Below, one piece after another: positions 58,641-64,000 of a stretch of 64,000 nucleotides of DNA (within the stretch, counting starts at the first letter, position 1; each line of letters opens with the position of its first letter). The notes below the pieces were generated by a model. The model was not told the DNA's origin and made no database searches. It saw nothing but the letters and a program-made list of their open reading frames with translations. The DNA lies in contig NIVC01003000.1 in the NCBI GenBank assembly GCA_002269645.1, positions 62,001-126,000 of the forward strand, given 5' to 3'. Origin of the DNA: Macrostomum lignano (Eukaryota). The translations under genes and the position numbers were made by a program.

Positions 58641-60385
58641 TTTGTGTTCAGTTTTATTTTTTCATGGCTGATTTAACGGTTCGGCCAAAATCTAGGCTAT
58701 CCATCAATTTGATGGGTTATTTTGTTGACCTTAGTGTTGATCCTGGTGAAAGCATACGCATTTCAGAAAATGGTCAAGTACGAGTTTTTCGATATGATGA
58801 AGCGAGTATCTATGATGTGCTACACAACTCCAGCACGCAGAAGTGGCATTGCAGCGGGAGTACATACTTTTTGAGTTCGCAAGAAGGCTGCCATTTTGGA
58901 ATTCGTCAGATTTCCAGAATCCAACATTATTAATTCAATGATTAGTTGCCAAATGCATTTTTGAGGGTCAGTGCAAAATAATTTTCTAACACTTCATGCT
59001 TCCTTCAGACCAGTTTGTTTGTCCAAGTAGAGGCCATAATGGAGTCCTGCACGGCCCCCAAGGATTTTTTCCTGGAACCACCTTTATCTAAACTGACCTT
59101 CTGGAAAAGAAAACATAATAGAAATTTCATTCTATTCCTCGAAGTGCCCATCATCTGCCGCTTAACGTCAAATTTTCAATTGGGTCTATTTGTCACGTCA
59201 CTGGGTGGTATAATAAAAATCCCAAAAGTTCTTTCAAGTTTCTTATTCATACGACTCACTATCATTTCTCTACGGTGTGCTATTTCATTACAGCTCATCA
59301 AAGCAAGAAATGGTTCTTCTTCGGCACAAGATTCCAACCGTTCTTCCAGCTCTTTTCGGGGCGAGAAGTCGCACTCTTAACTTTCATTTTTGGCGCACTA
59401 CCCATGATCGTATCAACAATATAGACCCATACATGCAGCTTCAACGTTTGGTTTCAAAAGCGCAATCGGTCGTTATAGAAATTCTTATCTGTGGAACTCG
59501 ATCCAACGAGCATTGATGGCATCGCTGTTTGAAAAGTACAGTCAAAGTGCAAGTGCAAGTGCAAGTCGGTCCCTGAGAGGGCACACTAGCATAAGACAGC
59601 GTACTGGTGGTCTGAGGTGCAGAGCAGGGATTTTTTATATCATTTGGTGCATAAAAACGTCTGGATCAGAGAATCAAAATAGTTTCTGTAGTTCACATGT
59701 AGCCCATTTATTTCCATACATTGATAGTACAAAGGTTCTGTTAAGTTTAGGCTAATTTGTCACGCATGATTCGCTGAAATCACACGTAAATTGTCTCATT
59801 TATGCGTTTGCCTGCTGGAATTTAAGTAAGGAACCTTTGTAGGAAATTTTCCTTAGGGACACCTGTCTACAACCTGATTCCTCGTGTATTCCATGAGAAC
59901 CCTAAACCTGGTGCTACACTTTAGACTATCCGGGATTTTCTTCTGGTCCGGATATCCGAACGATATCCGCCCGGATACTGCCAAGCAAAAAATTTGCTTT
60001 GTTTTTACTCAGATATCTTGAGCTGCTTTGCAATGTCCAGGCACCTTGAGGTGTCTCTTTCAGACATCTACGACACTGACTCTGCTATCCGGCCCGTAGA
60101 TCACATAAGAAGGGGAAGTTGTCTCAGGACATCCGACTGTAGGTTTAAACGGAGGGTCTGTATGTGGAGACAGAGGTTTGCTTTAGGACATCGGGCTAAT
60201 GATGTCTGGGGTTAGAAATAGCAAAATTTCTAGGTCAGTTGTCGCAAAGTAGAAAATAACCTTTTTTTAATTTTCAATTAGCAAACATCTGCGCCATGCT
60301 TACTTGAATGTGTATATTTTAATCACAATTTTGCGTTTAAAACACTCCAAAACGAACAAAAATTAAAGCCTATTGCAAACAAAAA

Positions 60386-61459
60386 TCAGTTTGCTACTCT
60401 ATTCACCAATCTAATTCGATCAATCAAAACAGGCGATACGCTGAATGAAACGTGATGAGCCCTCTTGAGATGCTCTCCGTTTACAAATTTTGGGAAACCA
60501 GCCAACTGATGAGTATTTCTTCCGAGAAATTTGATGATGCGGTAGACGCAACGTCTTCTGCAGCTTTCCACCCTTCAAGTTGTCTCGGTGCATCTTACGA
60601 AGTCTCATATGATCTCGAACCTTGAATTCCGCTCGATTTCGCTGCTGGCTGTTTTATTCTCTGCGCGATGAATTTTCGGGATGCAGCTCACTGTGCGTTC
60701 TTCTCGATCATCTAAAGCTAATTTACAGGTTCTAAATTAGCCTTCAAGGCGGTAGGCAGCAGCGCCGCTGCCTCGTTGCCTAAAAAAGGTTCCAAACCAA
60801 ACGCGGCCTGGAATGGTGAAAATCCAGTGACTGAATTTCGTCGGCTATTGTGGGCCAGTTGAATTTCATTGAGCCTGGTTTCTCAGGCAGTTGAATTCAC
60901 AGATGAGCTAAACTATCTTAAAAGACTGATGCAGGTCTGGTTCAAGCACTCGGTCTGTCCGTTCGTTTCTGGATGATATTCGCTTGTTACTTGTCTATCA
61001 GTTCCTCTAGATTCTAGAAGGACGTCAATAATTGAGTTGCAGAACTCCCGTCCCTGATGGCTGAGGATGATGCACGGCCAACCAAACAGTGAAAAGGTTT
61101 TTCACTTTTTGCGATGGACGCAGCTTGGATTTTAGACAGAGCCCGGAATACAGCAAACTTCGTAAATTTACAGCACATTCTCAGAAGGTACTGCGATCCT
61201 GAATCAGTGGTCTTTGGCATCGAGATGCACTCGACACAGAGAAATTCAAAAAGCCTACTCGCATTGTCCGGTATTTCAATCGGATGAATTTCGCTTTGCT
61301 TGGTTGAAATGTTTTGTTGACAACTTCGCAATTGGCGCAAGCTTCGACAACGGATTTGGCAATCGGCGACACAGGAAAGTCAGCAAAGTACTGCGACGTA
61401 AAGAGGCTCAATGTGCTCTTTATCCCGACGTAACTTCCCTGAATGTGCGCAACTTGCAT
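60386..61459 (-). pseudogene. Ty3/Gypsy integrase remnant
   Basis: VEACANCEV (Zn finger), FGWPCIILSHQGREFCN, SEYHPETNGQTECLN, SVTGFSPF and a GPY/F-like VYRIIKFLGRNT. Confidence 0.8.
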
Positions 61460-61980
61460 CTTGCTTTTGACTTTGAAATTAAGCCTCCAGTGAACGGAAG
61501 CCTAACACCATGGATGTAAAGTATCACACGCGATAATAAATCGTTCTATGGAAAAGAAAGTAGGAGGATACGTTTTATATACGTTATTTACGTTTTTTTT
61601 AGAATAGCGTCCGAGGGCTTCAACCATGGAACGATTTTTTTATCGCGTATGATAAAATTTAACCCCAAGTAAACTGATACATTTTTCATTGAGGGTTTTA
61701 ACCACGGACAAAATGTCAGCGATGAGAGCTATCCGACTTGGTAAAACCTGCAGACAGTCCAGACCAGATCGGAGTGGTTACCAGCAGAGTAAACATGGAA
61801 ATTTTTTGAAGATATCTCAAATTTTGGCTGTATTGACGACTTTTTCAACGAAATTTCATCGTCTAGCGTCATATATTCACAGTCCAACACCATTTCTGCG
61901 TCCATATCAAGTGCATCAAGTGGTTGCTCTGCCAAGGTTGCTCTTCTGACGATATTGAGAAAAAGATTTAATCCGCCATT

Positions 61981-62997
61981 CATGATGGCACTAGGCGCAA
62001 GGAACAATGGGCTCTAGCTGTGTTCAACGAATGGAGAACTGCTCCTCGGGACAGCATACTTCGAGGTGAGACTGGTCAACCTGTTGGTGCTTTGTGAATT
62101 TGAGGAATGGGCACCCGGTGATTGGAATTTTTCGATGAAAAGGTTCCTCCTTGAAGTACGTAAGAAGGATGGATGCAAGTACAATGCGAGCTTTCTGAAG
62201 GATATTTTCGCTATACTTCAGCACCATGTCACTTTTGCTCTTAAAAAAGAGTACTCGTTCTGGAAGGACTCACAATTTACCGATGCGAGGATGTCGCTAG
62301 ACGCAGCAATGAAAGAGAGTGTTCGAGAAGGACACATTTCGGGAATGTATGCTAGCGAGCCTATTCCAGTTGCGTTGGAGAGGGATATGTGGCAGCAAGG
62401 ACTGTTAGGCCCTGATAATCCGAAGACCTTTTGTATACCTTGGTTTTCTACATAGGAAAATGCTTCACGCTTCGAGGCGGTACTGAGTTGCACGACTTGC
62501 AATTCAATAGAGATAGTGACACCACTGGCGAATGTCTTGTTTACAAGGAACAGAAGGGCACGAAGACCAACAATCGTGGACTGAGAACCAGGCGTAGTAT
62601 GCCTCCTCGTGTGCTAAGGATCTATCATACTCATGCGCATGAGCGCTGTGTCGTGCGTTTGTACATTGCGTATGTGGCTAAGCGTCCTGCTAATTGTAAA
62701 GACGCTAATTTATTTCTATCGTGTTATCGTGGCGGTGATTGCATTCAAGCTGGAAAATGGTACCAGAATGCAGCAGTCGGACGTCATACACTGGACGGCA
62801 TCGTCAAGGAATTGACTCAAGGAGCTGGCAAACGGTACACGAACCAGTCACTATGGAAAACCTCTGCAAATACGCTACCCCGAGCCGGCTTTGAACGAGC
62901 TGATATTGCTCGCGTGACTGACCACTTAAGTTTAGCTGTGGAAAATTATATACATCTAGATCGTGACGACCAGCAGCGCATCTCCGAAGCGTTGTAA
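61981..62997 (+). pseudogene. Crypton-type tyrosine recombinase (DUF3504), nearly complete, frameshifted
   Basis: TRRKEQWALAVFNEW, RFLLEVRKKDG..Y, LDAAMK..MWQQGLLGPDNP, FTLRGGTELHDL, KTNNRGL, CVVRLY, YTNQSLWKTSA, RVTDHLS and ENY. Frameshift at ~62440. Confidence 0.88.
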
Positions 62998-64000
62998 ATT
63001 ATGCCAGTTGAATGTGCGAATGCTGGCTTGTCACTGGTTCCAGCTGTCCAAACCGTTCCAGCATTCTGTTTCTGAGGCTGCTCCTGCCACTACGACTAAA
63101 AGTACAACTAGTACTACCACTACTACTATTAATTCAAAGAAGATGAAGGTTGAGATTGACGGACAGCTGACTGGTACTTAAACGTTCATTTTTAAAGTTA
63201 TCACTTTTCGTCACTTTTATTCTTTAAAAGTTACTTTAAAATGATAGAAATTGCTATTCATGATGGTTTCGTTTTCAAATATGCATTTCGTTTCTCAGTC
63301 CCGAAAACCTGTCTTGAGAAATCGTTTCTCAGGCCTGGTTTTTAGGCCTGAGAACAAAGTTCACTTAAATCTTGACCTAAACTAGGACTTCCACGTGAAA
63401 AGAAGAGCCTGATTGACCGTTTGTCCGATGAACCCAAAACTGGGAGTTAAACATGAAGGACCACTGTATGACCGTTGATACCTATCGCAATGCACCATGC
63501 TTATTGAGTCTGTTGCAATTTCGTTGATTGATCAGGTCATGTCACAATATAAAGTTCTACGCCTGGTATCAAAAGTCGAGTCCTGCGGACTCGTATTTGT
63601 CAGAGTCCGAAAACTATCGTTGTGTACGTCCCATTTTTGGTCAGGCGGACTCTGACGTTAGTCTGAGAACGGACTGGAAAGACCCTTGAAAGAATTCAGT
63701 CAGCAAGCAAGCAACAAGCAAAAATACATGCACACGGTGCCACAAATAAATGTCTTCGTTATCATCGTTGCTGCTTCTCTCAATGAACTGCGGTAGAGAC
63801 AGTGGCAGAAAGGACAGTCGGAGAGGCCGAAGTGCTTCGGCGCTTCTGACGCTGCTTCTCTCTTTCCACAGCGTGCCGCAGCATGTTGATCACTTCAAGC
63901 TCGAATGCCTGTTTTTGCTGTAGAGGGTTGCTCGTGTCCTTAGGATCATAGAGGTAGGTGACCGCATCTGAAATTTTGAATTCAAGTTGTAGAACAGTGT

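Noticed and set aside
59015-59755. ORFs 59015..59380, 59277..59516 and 59513..59755
   Set aside because: No recognisable motifs in these frames, and I could not link them to the neighbouring Helitron fragment.
63326-63354. 11-bp hairpin TTCTCAGGCCT..AGGCCTGAGAA as a terminator or Helitron end
   Set aside because: No adjacent CTRR end or U-tract. An isolated palindrome is not enough to call a feature.

Overview
Eukaryotic, transposon-saturated invertebrate DNA. Evidence: GT-AG introns, microsatellites and no operons. A flatworm such as Macrostomum is only a guess. No intact single-copy host gene is evident. The core (about 10-40.6 kb) is a nested stack that can be resolved to the base. An old minus-strand RT/RNase H LINE (LINE-B) was hit by (i) a 9.1-kb CMC/EnSpm-type DNA transposon at 10652-19743, with CCCGCTGGAAAA TIRs and a GTC TSD, carrying an intron-containing transposase plus a second gene (B-box-like zinc finger, coiled coil, BEN-like domain), and (ii) a TTAA-flanked piggyBac whose two tips do not match. 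The piggyBac was in turn hit by a full-length 5.9-kb LOA-like LINE (LINE-A, GTGCCTTT TSD). An approximately 11.16-kb tandem duplication (13961-25116 / 25117-36275) then copied part of the stack. The flanks hold decayed IS630-Tc1, NOF/MULE-like, Crypton (two), piggyBac, P-element, RTE, Helitron and Gypsy fragments. They also hold a truncated RPA70-like OB-fold gene head-to-head with a small knuckle/polyQ gene, several minisatellites, a MITE, and a tRNA-derived SINE whose 3' region shares a stem-loop with the LINE-A 3' UTR. All family and domain calls are by-eye motif recognition; no database search was run.
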